Shown piece by piece: positions 19,170 to 27,858 of a stretch of DNA of 64,000 bases; the stretch's first letter is position 1, and every line of letters begins with the position of its first letter. The notes beneath the pieces are model-generated. The model was not told where the DNA came from and did not search any database. It saw only the letters and a list, made by a program, of their open reading frames with translations. Position numbers and translations under genes: made by a program. This stretch comes from Geopsychrobacteraceae bacterium. GTDB taxonomy: Bacteria; Desulfobacterota; Desulfuromonadia; Desulfuromonadales; Geopsychrobacteraceae. Location of the stretch: NCBI GenBank assembly GCA_963676795.2, contig CAXXTB010000001.1:1371212-1435211 (forward strand). The letters are read 5' to 3'.

Positions 19170-19922
19170 ATGTTAACTGATCCCTACTTTTATGTTCTGG
19201 CGATTCCGGTCGTTCTCCTTGCGGGGATGTCAAAGGGGGGCTTGGGGCCCGCAATCAGTGCTATTGCCGTGCCCGTCTTGTCCTTCGTTATCAGCCCAGT
19301 GTTGGCTGCCGCAATCATGCTGCCGATCCTGTTCACGATGGATCTTCTGGCTATTAATCAGTTCCGTACCAATTTCAGTGCTCGTAATCTGTATCTTCTC
19401 ATTCCTTCAGGTGTCCTGGGTATTGTTATTGCAACAATTTTTATGGGTTTCTTGCCGCCGAATGCTGTCAGGGTTTCCATTGGCATCATCGTTATTCTCT
19501 TTTGTTGTGACTATTGGTTTCGCTATTTCCGTTCTATGGCATCCCGGACCGGAAAACCAACGACTCTGAAAGGTGTTTTTTGGGGGATGGTTTCCGGCTT
19601 TACCAGCACGCAGATACACGCTGGTGCACCGCCGTTAAGTATCTACCTCTTGCCGCAAAATCTTGACAAGGTCGTGCTGATGGGGACTATGGCAATTTTT
19701 TTTGGTGTCCTCAATTGCATTAAAATTGTTTCTTATTCGGTCGTTGGGTTATTTTCGCAGGAATCATTGGTGACATCTCTGGTTTTGTTGCCTCTTGCTC
19801 CTATTGGGGTTAAATTGGGGCATATTGCGCTGAACCGTTTCGATCAGCGGAAGATCTATCGTTTTCTTTATGTCGCACTGTTCTTGTCGGCACTCAAGCT
19901 GCTCTATGATGGGCTGATGTAG
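19170..19922 (+). CDS. TauE/SafE (sulfite exporter, TSUP) family membrane protein
   Basis: AGMSKGG, AAAIMLPILFTMD, SGFTSTQIHAGAPP; about 8 TM segments. Confidence 0.85.
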   Translation: MLTDPYFYVLAIPVVLLAGMSKGGLGPAISAIAVPVLSFVISPVLAAAIMLPILFTMDLLAINQFRTNFSARNLYLLIPSGVLGIVIATIFMGFLPPNAVRVSIGIIVILFCCDYWFRYFRSMASRTGKPTTLKGVFWGMVSGFTSTQIHAGAPPLSIYLLPQNLDKVVLMGTMAIFFGVLNCIKIVSYSVVGLFSQESLVTSLVLLPLAPIGVKLGHIALNRFDQRKIYRFLYVALFLSALKLLYDGLM

Positions 19923-20106
19923 TTTTCCTGCAATCTGTGGAGTTGTCTGGTGGTATGAAATCATGGAATCACTTTGATTCTTTTCGTTTGTTGGGGATGG
20001 ATTCTGGGTACAATTTTATTGCCTGGCATCTTTGAGATGGCGTTTTGCTGTTGCCCTGCTAGAAAATGTAAAAATTGAAACTAAGTGTTTTAACTCCATG
20101 GGAAAT

Positions 20107-20121
20107 GGTATACAGTATACC
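20107..20121. promoter_or_regulatory. Perfect palindrome upstream of the CoA-transferase, putative operator
   Basis: GGTATAC-A-GTATACC. Confidence 0.5.
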
Positions 20122-20260
20122 GATGGCCGCATTCTGAACCTCTGTATATGTGGTTTTTGACTATATAATCATGAGTGGTGCATTGCTTGATGTGGCGCTC
20201 AATTTTATTTCAGCATTGTCAAACGCTGGTTCAAAAAAATAACTCGAAGGGATGTTAAAC

Positions 20261-21610
20261 ATGAAAAAAGTGTATGCAAATTCGTCGGATGCTCTGGATG
20301 GTCTTTTGTTTGACGGAATGTCGGTAGCCGCTGGTGGTTTCGGACTTTGCGGTATTCCTGAGAACCTGATCGGGACCCTGGCATCAAGCGCTGTCAAAGG
20401 GCTGACCATTTACGGAAATAATGCTGGCGTAGACGGATTCGGCATGGGTCTGCTGCTGAACAACCGCATGGTTAAAAAGGTTGTCGCTTCTTATGTCGGT
20501 GAGAATAAAGAATTCGAACGTCAGGTTCTGGCTGGCGAGCTTGAGCTTGAGCTCAATCCACAGGGGACTCTGGCAGAGCGTTTCCGTGCTGGTGGCGCCG
20601 GTATCCCCGGTTTCTACACGGCGACTGCTGCAGGGACTGTTCTTGCTGATGGAAAAGAGACCAAGGTTTTCAACGGCAAGGAATACGTTCTTGAAGAGGG
20701 GATTGTGGCCGATCTTTCCATCGTTAAGGCTTGGAAAGGTGATAAGGCCGGAAACCTGATTTACCGTAAAACCGCACGTAACTTCAATCCGATGATTGCA
20801 ACCTGCGGTAAGATCTGTGTCGCTGAGGTCGAGGAGCTGGTCGAGGTTGGTGAGCTCGACCCTGATGACATCCATACTCCGGGAATTTTCGTCGATCGTA
20901 TCATTCAGAGTGTCGATCTTGAAAAGCGCATCGAGTTCCGTACCGTTGCAGGCGCAACCCTGGTCAAGGGATCGGGTGCCCGTGACGCCATGGCCAAGCG
21001 CGCTGCGCAGGAACTTGAAGATGGTTTTTACATTAACCTGGGGATCGGCATCCCGACCCTGGTTGCCAATCACATCCCGCAGGGGGTTAATGTTACCCTG
21101 CAGTCAGAGAACGGCCTGCTTGGTATCGGTCCGTTCCCTAAGGACGAAGAGGTCGATGCGGATCTGATCAACGCCGGTAAACAGACTGTTTCTACAATCC
21201 CTGGTTCCAGCTTCTTCTCAAGTTCCGATTCTTTCGGCATGATCCGTGGCGGCCATATCGACCTGGCTGTTCTCGGCGGCCTGGAAGTCTCCCAGTATGG
21301 CGATCTGGCCAACTTCATGGTGCCTGGCAAGATGGTCAAAGGACCGGGTGGTGCAATGGACCTGGTATCCGGTGTCAAGAAGGTTATCGTGCTGATGGAG
21401 CACTGTGCAAAGGACGGCAGCCCTAAAATTCTGCCGACCTGTTCTCTGCCGATTACCGGCAAGAACGTTGTTGATATGATTATCACCGATATGGGTGTTT
21501 TCAAGGTCGACCAGGAAAAGGGCCTGACCCTCATCGAGCTCGCTCCGGAAGTGACTCTTGAGGACATCAAAGCCAAGACTGGCTGTGAATTCGCGGTTGC
21601 CCTCTCCTGA
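20261..21610 (+). CDS. Fused alpha/beta family-I 3-oxoacid CoA-transferase (ScoAB/OXCT-like)
   Basis: [26 protein letters not shown], catalytic SENG Glu, GGAMDL in one polypeptide. Confidence 0.92.
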   Translation: MKKVYANSSDALDGLLFDGMSVAAGGFGLCGIPENLIGTLASSAVKGLTIYGNNAGVDGFGMGLLLNNRMVKKVVASYVGENKEFERQVLAGELELELNPQGTLAERFRAGGAGIPGFYTATAAGTVLADGKETKVFNGKEYVLEEGIVADLSIVKAWKGDKAGNLIYRKTARNFNPMIATCGKICVAEVEELVEVGELDPDDIHTPGIFVDRIIQSVDLEKRIEFRTVAGATLVKGSGARDAMAKRAAQELEDGFYINLGIGIPTLVANHIPQGVNVTLQSENGLLGIGPFPKDEEVDADLINAGKQTVSTIPGSSFFSSSDSFGMIRGGHIDLAVLGGLEVSQYGDLANFMVPGKMVKGPGGAMDLVSGVKKVIVLMEHCAKDGSPKILPTCSLPITGKNVVDMIITDMGVFKVDQEKGLTLIELAPEVTLEDIKAKTGCEFAVALS

Positions 21611-21627
21611 TACGCCAGCATGTAGTC

Positions 21628-21667
21628 ATGGCCTTTCTGCTTAAGGGCAGAAAGGCCATTATCTTTT
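21628..21667 (+). terminator. Terminator after the CoA-transferase
   Basis: ATGGCCTTTCTGC-loop-GCAGAAAGGCCAT followed by a T-rich run. Confidence 0.7.
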
Positions 21668-21923
21668 CCCCTCTGTTGTTCACGCCTTTTCTTTTGTTTT
21701 TCGGCTTTTTCTGAATAATTGCTTTATGTCAGCAGCTTGTTTCTAGTATAAAGACAGTTCGCAAAGACAGATTGTTCCGCAGTTTAAATTCCATTTATGA
21801 GAATCTCTCCAGTGTCGGCACTGTGTGATGCTGATCTACGACGTTAGCATTGTCGTGTCATCAGGCATTGGTTTTATCGCGGAATGCTATATTTAAACAT
21901 ATGTAAAGCAAGGAGTAAGCACT

Positions 21924-23453
21924 ATGGTCGAAAGCTGGGACACCTTAAATCAGAAAGTCCTCGACCTGATGGAACAGGGTAAATTCCAGGAAGCGCTGGC
22001 CGCCGCACAGAAAACGCTGGATGCTGCAATTGCAGAACATGGTGACAGTCATACTTCGGTCGCAGTCAGTATGAATAACCTTGGCACGCTGCACAATATT
22101 GTTGGCAACCTGTGGGATGCCGAGCAGATTTTGGCTCAGGCGGTAGCTGTCACGGAAAAGGCTTATGGTGCAGACTCGCTCGATATGGCTGATGGGTTGG
22201 TCAACCTGGCCAATATTATGATGGATCAGGGCAAGACGGAAGAGGCCCGGCCACAGCTGGAAAGGGCCATATCCATCCTGGAAGATAATAAACAGGCATC
22301 CGCGCAGCAATTGACCGCAGCTTATAACACGCTAGCCGGGATCCTTATGGGGAACGGCGACAATGACGAAGCCAGGGGGCTGCTTGACAAGGCTCTGGCA
22401 GTCCTTGATAAGCAGGACAGTCAGCAGGTTGTCCGGGCTAAAGGCTCGGTTCTGGAGGCGCTGGCGGGACTGGATAAGAAAGACGGAAATATAGAAGCTG
22501 CGGAAAAACGTTTTCGCCAGGCAATGACCCTTTATGAAGAGCTTGGCCCGGTCAATCCTCATATCGCCAGAACGCTGATGGAAATCGGCGATATCTATCA
22601 GCTGCGCGGTATGATCGAAGTCGGACTCAAGTTGTCGGAGCAGGCTTCCGAGATTTTCAAGAACACCCTGCCTGCAGGCCATGAAGACACGGCTGCCGCG
22701 TTGAATCAGCTTGGTCAGATGAACGTTTATGTCGGTCAGCTTGAGGCTGCCGAGAAGGCCTTCAAGGAGGCACTCAAGGATCTGACCAAGGGTGGTAACA
22801 AGAATTCAGCTGCTTACGCCGATGCTCAGAACAATCTCGCTGAATTGCATATCTTCAAGGAAGAATACAAAGAGGCCCAGCCGCTGATCCAGTCATCCCT
22901 TGATGCCAGAACGAAGCGTTATGGTGAAACTCATCCGGCTGTCGCACAGTCTCTGAACAACTACGGTTTGCTCCTGTGTCGTGAAGGGAAGCTCGACAAG
23001 GCGATGGAGAAGTATCGAAAAGCGCTTGCCATCAGGGAAGAGGTTTTCGGTAAGCACCATCCGGCCTTAGTTGAATCTCTGGAAAATATTGCTGAAATCT
23101 GTAACGCTCAGGGGCAGCTTGACGAAGCTCAGCAGCTGATGGAAAAGGCCGGGAGTATCTGGGCCAGTTTGGGTGATGATGTCCATCCAGGTGTTGCGAA
23201 AACTCATCACCACCTTGGTGTTGTTTACATGATGCAGGGTAAGAACTCAGAAGCGGAGGCCGAATTCCTGATGGCCAAGAAGATTCTTGAGGGATTTGGT
23301 GCTGAAGGCAAGATGCATCTGGTCACTGTTTTCAAGACCCTCTCGATGTTCTATCGGAAGGTGGGGCGTGTTGGCGAAGCCGAAGTGTATGCCAACAAGG
23401 TTCGTGAAGGGGTCCAGGGTGCCATGCCTGAGGGAGCGCCAACTGTACACTGA
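21924..23453 (+). CDS. Tetratricopeptide-repeat protein (kinesin-light-chain-like TPRs)
   Basis: Repeated ~42-aa units such as HPAVAQSLNNYG, HPALVESLENIA, HPGVAKTHHHLG; AAGGAG RBS. Confidence 0.85.
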   Translation: MVESWDTLNQKVLDLMEQGKFQEALAAAQKTLDAAIAEHGDSHTSVAVSMNNLGTLHNIVGNLWDAEQILAQAVAVTEKAYGADSLDMADGLVNLANIMMDQGKTEEARPQLERAISILEDNKQASAQQLTAAYNTLAGILMGNGDNDEARGLLDKALAVLDKQDSQQVVRAKGSVLEALAGLDKKDGNIEAAEKRFRQAMTLYEELGPVNPHIARTLMEIGDIYQLRGMIEVGLKLSEQASEIFKNTLPAGHEDTAAALNQLGQMNVYVGQLEAAEKAFKEALKDLTKGGNKNSAAYADAQNNLAELHIFKEEYKEAQPLIQSSLDARTKRYGETHPAVAQSLNNYGLLLCREGKLDKAMEKYRKALAIREEVFGKHHPALVESLENIAEICNAQGQLDEAQQLMEKAGSIWASLGDDVHPGVAKTHHHLGVVYMMQGKNSEAEAEFLMAKKILEGFGAEGKMHLVTVFKTLSMFYRKVGRVGEAEVYANKVREGVQGAMPEGAPTVH

Positions 23454-23506
23454 TTTTTAGTACTGTTTGGAGTTGAAAAGAAAATCGGTAAATCACCTGG
23501 ATTTTT

Positions 23507-23541
23507 AAGGCGGTTACACTTTTGTGTTAACCGCCTTTTTT
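23507..23541 (+). terminator. Terminator between the TPR gene and the gallate dioxygenase
   Basis: AAGGCGGTTA...TAACCGCCTT-TTTT. Confidence 0.7.
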
Positions 23542-23641
23542 GATAAAATAAGACAATGTTTTATTGCTAACTGTTGAAGGTATATGTTACTAATGTAGTC
23601 ACGAATTGACCTGCCTCTTAAAGGATTTTCAAGGAGATAAT

Positions 23642-24928
23642 ATGGCCAGGATTATCGGTGGCATTGCGACGTCACATTCCCCAACAATCGGTTTTGCCAA
23701 GGACACCAATAAGCAGAACGACCCGGTTTGGAAGCCGATCTTTGAAGGTTACAAGCCGATTCATGATTGGCTCACTGCAAAAAAACCGGACGTACTGTTT
23801 ACAATTTTTAACGACCATATAACCTCTTTTTTCTTTGATCATTACTCCGCTTTTTCTCTTGGGGTTGATGACAGTTATTCTCCGGCCGATGAGGGTGGTG
23901 GCGCTCGCGAACTTGCGCCGATCAAGGGGCATGCACAGCTGGCCGCTCATATCGGAACGTCCTTGATGGCGGATGAATTCGACATGTCCTTCTTTCAGAA
24001 GAAGTCACTCGATCATGGCTGCTTTTCTCCGTTGTCAGTCCTGTGGGAAGACGTATCTGAATGGCCCTGTTCGATCGTGCCGCTGCAGGTCGGTGTATTG
24101 CAGTTTCCGATCCCCTCGGCGAAACGTTGCTACAAGTTGGGCCAGGCGCTGAGAAAAGCGATTGAAAGCTATCCTGAGGACATCTCTGTCGCGATTGTCG
24201 CTACGGGCGGTCTGTCACATCAGGTCCATGGCGAGCGTTGTGGCTTCAACAATGTTGAATGGGATCACAAGTTCATGGATCTCATTGAAAAGGATCCAGT
24301 CAAGCTGACAGAGGTGACCATTGCCGAATATGCTGAGTGGGGCGGCGTTGAAGGTGCTGAAATCATCATGTGGTTGATCATGCGCGGGGCGATGGCGTCC
24401 AATGCCAGGGTTGTCCACAAGTCCTATTACCTGCCGTCGATGTGCGCGCTGTCAGCGATGATTTTTGAGCACGAACCCGAGCCTTTTAGTGAACGGGAAA
24501 TCAACGAACATCTCGAGCATATGAATCACGAGCTCAAAGGGGTTGAAAAGCTTGAGGGGAGTTATCCCTATACCCTGGATCGCAGTTTGAAGGGGTTCAA
24601 TATCAACAAGTTTCTGCATAGCCTGGTCATTCCGGAAATCCGTGAAAGATTCCAGCGGGAAGAAGAGGTTATGCTCAGGGAAAGTAATCTGATGGAAGAA
24701 GAACAGGACCTGATTCGCCGGCGTGACTGGCGCGGCATGATCCATTACGGTGCAACGTTCTTTGTTCTGGAAAAGCTCGGAGCAGTTATCGGCGTATCGA
24801 ACCTGCATATCTATGCGGCAATGCGTGGTCAGGAACTGGAGGAATTTCAGAAGACGCGGAATGTCAGTGTTCAGTATTCGGTTGCCGGTGGAAATTGTGC
24901 GAAAGAGATTGACCGCAAGGCAAAGTAA
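23642..24928 (+). CDS. galA: Gallate dioxygenase (GalA/DesB type; LigB-like N-domain fused to LigA-like C-domain)
   Basis: MARIIGGIATSH, FNDH, LDHG, GGLSHQVHGER, EGAE. Fe/catalytic residues H12, N57, H59, H125, H193, E240 present; C-terminal RRDWRGMIHYG/FFVLEK; AAGGAG RBS before ATG 23642. Confidence 0.9.
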   Translation: MARIIGGIATSHSPTIGFAKDTNKQNDPVWKPIFEGYKPIHDWLTAKKPDVLFTIFNDHITSFFFDHYSAFSLGVDDSYSPADEGGGARELAPIKGHAQLAAHIGTSLMADEFDMSFFQKKSLDHGCFSPLSVLWEDVSEWPCSIVPLQVGVLQFPIPSAKRCYKLGQALRKAIESYPEDISVAIVATGGLSHQVHGERCGFNNVEWDHKFMDLIEKDPVKLTEVTIAEYAEWGGVEGAEIIMWLIMRGAMASNARVVHKSYYLPSMCALSAMIFEHEPEPFSEREINEHLEHMNHELKGVEKLEGSYPYTLDRSLKGFNINKFLHSLVIPEIRERFQREEEVMLRESNLMEEEQDLIRRRDWRGMIHYGATFFVLEKLGAVIGVSNLHIYAAMRGQELEEFQKTRNVSVQYSVAGGNCAKEIDRKAK

Positions 24929-24952
24929 ATCTGAATCTTTTCTGAGAGGTTG

Positions 24953-24996
24953 CACAACAAAAAAGCGAACCCGGTGAGGTTCGCTTTTTTGTTGTG
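24953..24996. terminator. Bidirectional terminator between convergent galA and lpdC
   Basis: Perfect 19-bp arms CACAACAAAAAAGCGAACC / GGTTCGCTTTTTTGTTGTG, 6-nt loop. Confidence 0.88.
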
Positions 24997-25008
24997 GTAG
25001 CGTTGTGC

Positions 25009-26502
25009 CTAGTTCTTTGGCAGGAAGCGTTCGTAATCGACGTCCATGAAGTTGGAGCGGATGAACTTCTCTTTCATGTGGAACGGAACAGTGCAGTCGA
25101 AGATCGTTTTGCAGGAAGTACCATGAGCGATAATCGACGGACTGATGCCCAGAGATTGAGACGGATCGAGTGGATGGCAGCGGACCCCCGGGATGATAAT
25201 GGTGTCGACATCGCTCTGATAGCGGGTCATCATTGCCCACAGCACGTCGTTGCTGTCGAAGATATCGACATCGTCATCGACCAGAATAACCGTTTTCAAC
25301 TCAGGGAAGGCGGCAAAGGCACAGAGTGCAGCCTGACGTTCGCGTCCCTGGTCGGTCGGAATTCTTTTGCTCATCTGGATAATCGCCAGCAGTTTGCCGC
25401 CACCGGCAGAATGAGCAAAAACATTTTTGACTTTGCCTGGCATCGCGTCGTTGACCGCACTCAGGATGCTGGCCTCGGTCGGGATCCCGGCCAGGTTGAC
25501 ATGCTCTTCACTGCAGCCGATGGTGGTTTGGCAGATCGGGTTGATGCGGTGGGTGACGGCCTTGACCTTGAAAACCATGACGGCTGGATTGGCATCGCCG
25601 GTGTAGCCTGGGAACTCAGGCATGGCGAAGCCGGTATTGGAGTTGACGTCCTCGCGAACACGAACGTCGGGGAGCAGCTCGCCTTCGATAACGATTTCAG
25701 CGTTGGCAATCGATTTTGAGTTGACGGTCAGACAGTCAACCAGTTCAACCGGACGGTTACGGAAGGCGCCGGCAACTTCCAGTTCGTTGAAACCGATCGG
25801 GGTCGCTGGTGGCTCGAAGCAGGCAGCGATGTAGACGGCCGGATCGAGGCCGATGTTGACAGTGATCGGCAGCGGCTTGCCGGCTTTTTCAGCCTTGGCG
25901 CGGAAGACATCGATATGGCGGCCAGGGGAGAAGAAGATTGAGATCTCGTCCTTGCCCTGCAGGCACTGGCGGTGGATGGTAACATCGGCTTCACCGGTTT
26001 CAGGATCTTCAGCGTAGAGCAGACCCATGGTGATGTATGGGCCGGCATCCTGCAGAGTGTTGGTTGGGGCCGGAATCAGCTTGCGTACGTCGAAGTCAGG
26101 ATCGGTTGCCTTGTGGACGACTTCCTGGCATTTGGCCTGCCCCTGTGGGATCACGACCGGTGGGATTGGTGCCTGCAGAGCAGCGGTCAACTTGTGGCCG
26201 AGATCCGCTGCCTCGTAACCCATCAGGTGGGCGACACGCTCGCGGCTGGCAACGACACCTGTGGTAACACGGGCACCCGGATGTCCCTTGATATTGTTGA
26301 AAGTCATCATCGGGCCGATTTTGGTCGGACGCATGGTTGTGCCGGCGGCGCCGATATGTCTGTAGACACCGGACAGTTCGCCCCGTGGATCAACTTCTTC
26401 ATCGGTCTCGATGTACTGGCCAGGAATTCCTTTCAGAAATTCGATGGCGCTGCGAAGGTCATGGATCTCTGCGGCAGTGGTTGGTTTGTCATTTGTTCCC
26501 AT
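25009..26502 (-). CDS. lpdC: UbiD-family gallate/protocatechuate decarboxylase (LpdC/AroY type)
   Basis: DLRSAI, GVYRHIGA, PAPTNT, DVTIHR, AMPEFPGY, EEH, VDDDVDIFD, CKTIFDCTVP typical of the AroY/LpdC clade. Confidence 0.9.
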   Translation of the reverse strand: MGTNDKPTTAAEIHDLRSAIEFLKGIPGQYIETDEEVDPRGELSGVYRHIGAAGTTMRPTKIGPMMTFNNIKGHPGARVTTGVVASRERVAHLMGYEAADLGHKLTAALQAPIPPVVIPQGQAKCQEVVHKATDPDFDVRKLIPAPTNTLQDAGPYITMGLLYAEDPETGEADVTIHRQCLQGKDEISIFFSPGRHIDVFRAKAEKAGKPLPITVNIGLDPAVYIAACFEPPATPIGFNELEVAGAFRNRPVELVDCLTVNSKSIANAEIVIEGELLPDVRVREDVNSNTGFAMPEFPGYTGDANPAVMVFKVKAVTHRINPICQTTIGCSEEHVNLAGIPTEASILSAVNDAMPGKVKNVFAHSAGGGKLLAIIQMSKRIPTDQGRERQAALCAFAAFPELKTVILVDDDVDIFDSNDVLWAMMTRYQSDVDTIIIPGVRCHPLDPSQSLGISPSIIAHGTSCKTIFDCTVPFHMKEKFIRSNFMDVDYERFLPKN

Positions 26503-26627
26503 ACTTAGAATCTCCTTTGTTCATGCATTTTGTGTGTGGAACATAAACAGCAAATAAATACTCTACAAAATCCCCCCAGGAAAACACTGTTTATTAATCA
26601 ATAGTCATCTGCTCTTCTGGTACAGAT

Positions 26628-27017
26628 TCAGAGTTGTCTTAGCAGTTCGGTAACCAGCTTTCTGACAATCATAACGATCTGACCAATCTGGTTCTGCGAA
26701 GCGTCATCAATATGAATGCCGCACGAGACCGTCACTATGCCGTTTATCTTTTGCGCAATCTGTTCCGCAACCTCGCAGGCGAGACGATCTTCCTTGTGGC
26801 CGCAGACCGTAATCACCGATGTCGATGCACTGATTTTCTGCGGGTCTGCCAGGCTCGGGCGTGGTTGGGCCAGGGCAACGGCTCCGATATGGGCACTGTC
26901 ACCGCCGGACAATGAGACGCAGAGATCGGCACCCTGGCGAATTGCTGTGAGGGTTACCGGAATCTCGGATTTTTCCGAAGTCAGGCTGATTGTTGTCGCG
27001 GAAGCAGGCATGGTCAT
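26628..27017 (-). CDS. lpdD: LpdD-family prenylated-flavin chaperone
   Basis: GGDSAHIGAVA, GHKED, CGIHID motifs; overlaps the lpdB stop. Confidence 0.8.
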   Translation of the reverse strand: MTMPASATTISLTSEKSEIPVTLTAIRQGADLCVSLSGGDSAHIGAVALAQPRPSLADPQKISASTSVITVCGHKEDRLACEVAEQIAQKINGIVTVSCGIHIDDASQNQIGQIVMIVRKLVTELLRQL

Positions 27018-27592
27018 TGTTCCGGGGCCTGCCAGCGTTTGAAGTCGGGCAGATCGATGCCAAATTCGTTGAGAACCTTGCCAACGATATGGATTTCCAT
27101 ATCCCTGATCGTCTGCGGTTTGTTGTAATGAGTCATCATTGGTGGCATCAGGATAACGCCCATCGATGCCAGGGTTGACATGTTTCTCAGGTGGATCTGG
27201 TTGAGCGGGGTTTCGCGAACAACGAGGACAAGCTTGCGGCGTTCTTTCAGGGTGACGTCGGCGGCCCGCAGCAGCAGGTTTTCGGAATAACCATTGGCAA
27301 TTCCCGCCGTGGTTTTCATGCTGCAGGGGATAACGACCATCCCTTCGGTTTTGAAGGTGCCGCTGGCAATATTGGCGCCGATATCGTTCAGATTGTAGAC
27401 CCGGGTTGCCATAGCTTCGACTTGGGCCAATGTCTCAGGAACTTCCAGCTCGATTGTTCTTTTGGCACCGGAAGAGACAACCAGATGAGTCTCCCACTCA
27501 GGCTGCTGCTGCATCATTTCGAGCAGGACAATCGCCAGGTTGGCACCACTGGCACCACTTAAGCCGACAACAAGTCTTTTCTTTGCTTGCAT
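27014..27592 (-). CDS. ubiX: UbiX-family flavin prenyltransferase (LpdB)
   Basis: GLSGASGA, IASGTF, PCSMKT, RAADVTLKERRKLVLVVRETP; start set at MQAKK. Confidence 0.93.
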   Translation of the reverse strand: MQAKKRLVVGLSGASGANLAIVLLEMMQQQPEWETHLVVSSGAKRTIELEVPETLAQVEAMATRVYNLNDIGANIASGTFKTEGMVVIPCSMKTTAGIANGYSENLLLRAADVTLKERRKLVLVVRETPLNQIHLRNMSTLASMGVILMPPMMTHYNKPQTIRDMEIHIVGKVLNEFGIDLPDFKRWQAPEQ

Positions 27593-27727
27593 ATGACAAC
27601 CTATTGATGAGTCAATCCAGCAATCAGCGAAAGCCCCCCTTCCGTGATAGTTAAAGATTACCAAAAAAACTGAAACGCGCTCAGTGGCGCCGCCGATATG
27701 GAGTGATCTGTTTGTAAAATATCAGGT

Positions 27728-27769
27728 TTTTCCATAGCGAACTATAGAGACGTTCGTATTGTCAGTCAA
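27728..27769 (-). promoter_or_regulatory. sigma70 promoter of lpdB-lpdD-lpdC with an overlapping operator-like box
   Basis: Minus strand TTGACT-N17-TATAGT (27769-27741); box TTTTCCATAGCGAAC at 27728-27742 (+). Confidence 0.6.
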
Positions 27770-27858
27770 CAGAAAAGGCTGTTTTTTTATAGCCTGCGCT
27801 ATTTTGAGAGCAGTGTCGGCGATGCAGAATCATTTCAAAACCACTGAAGCAGCGGTTG

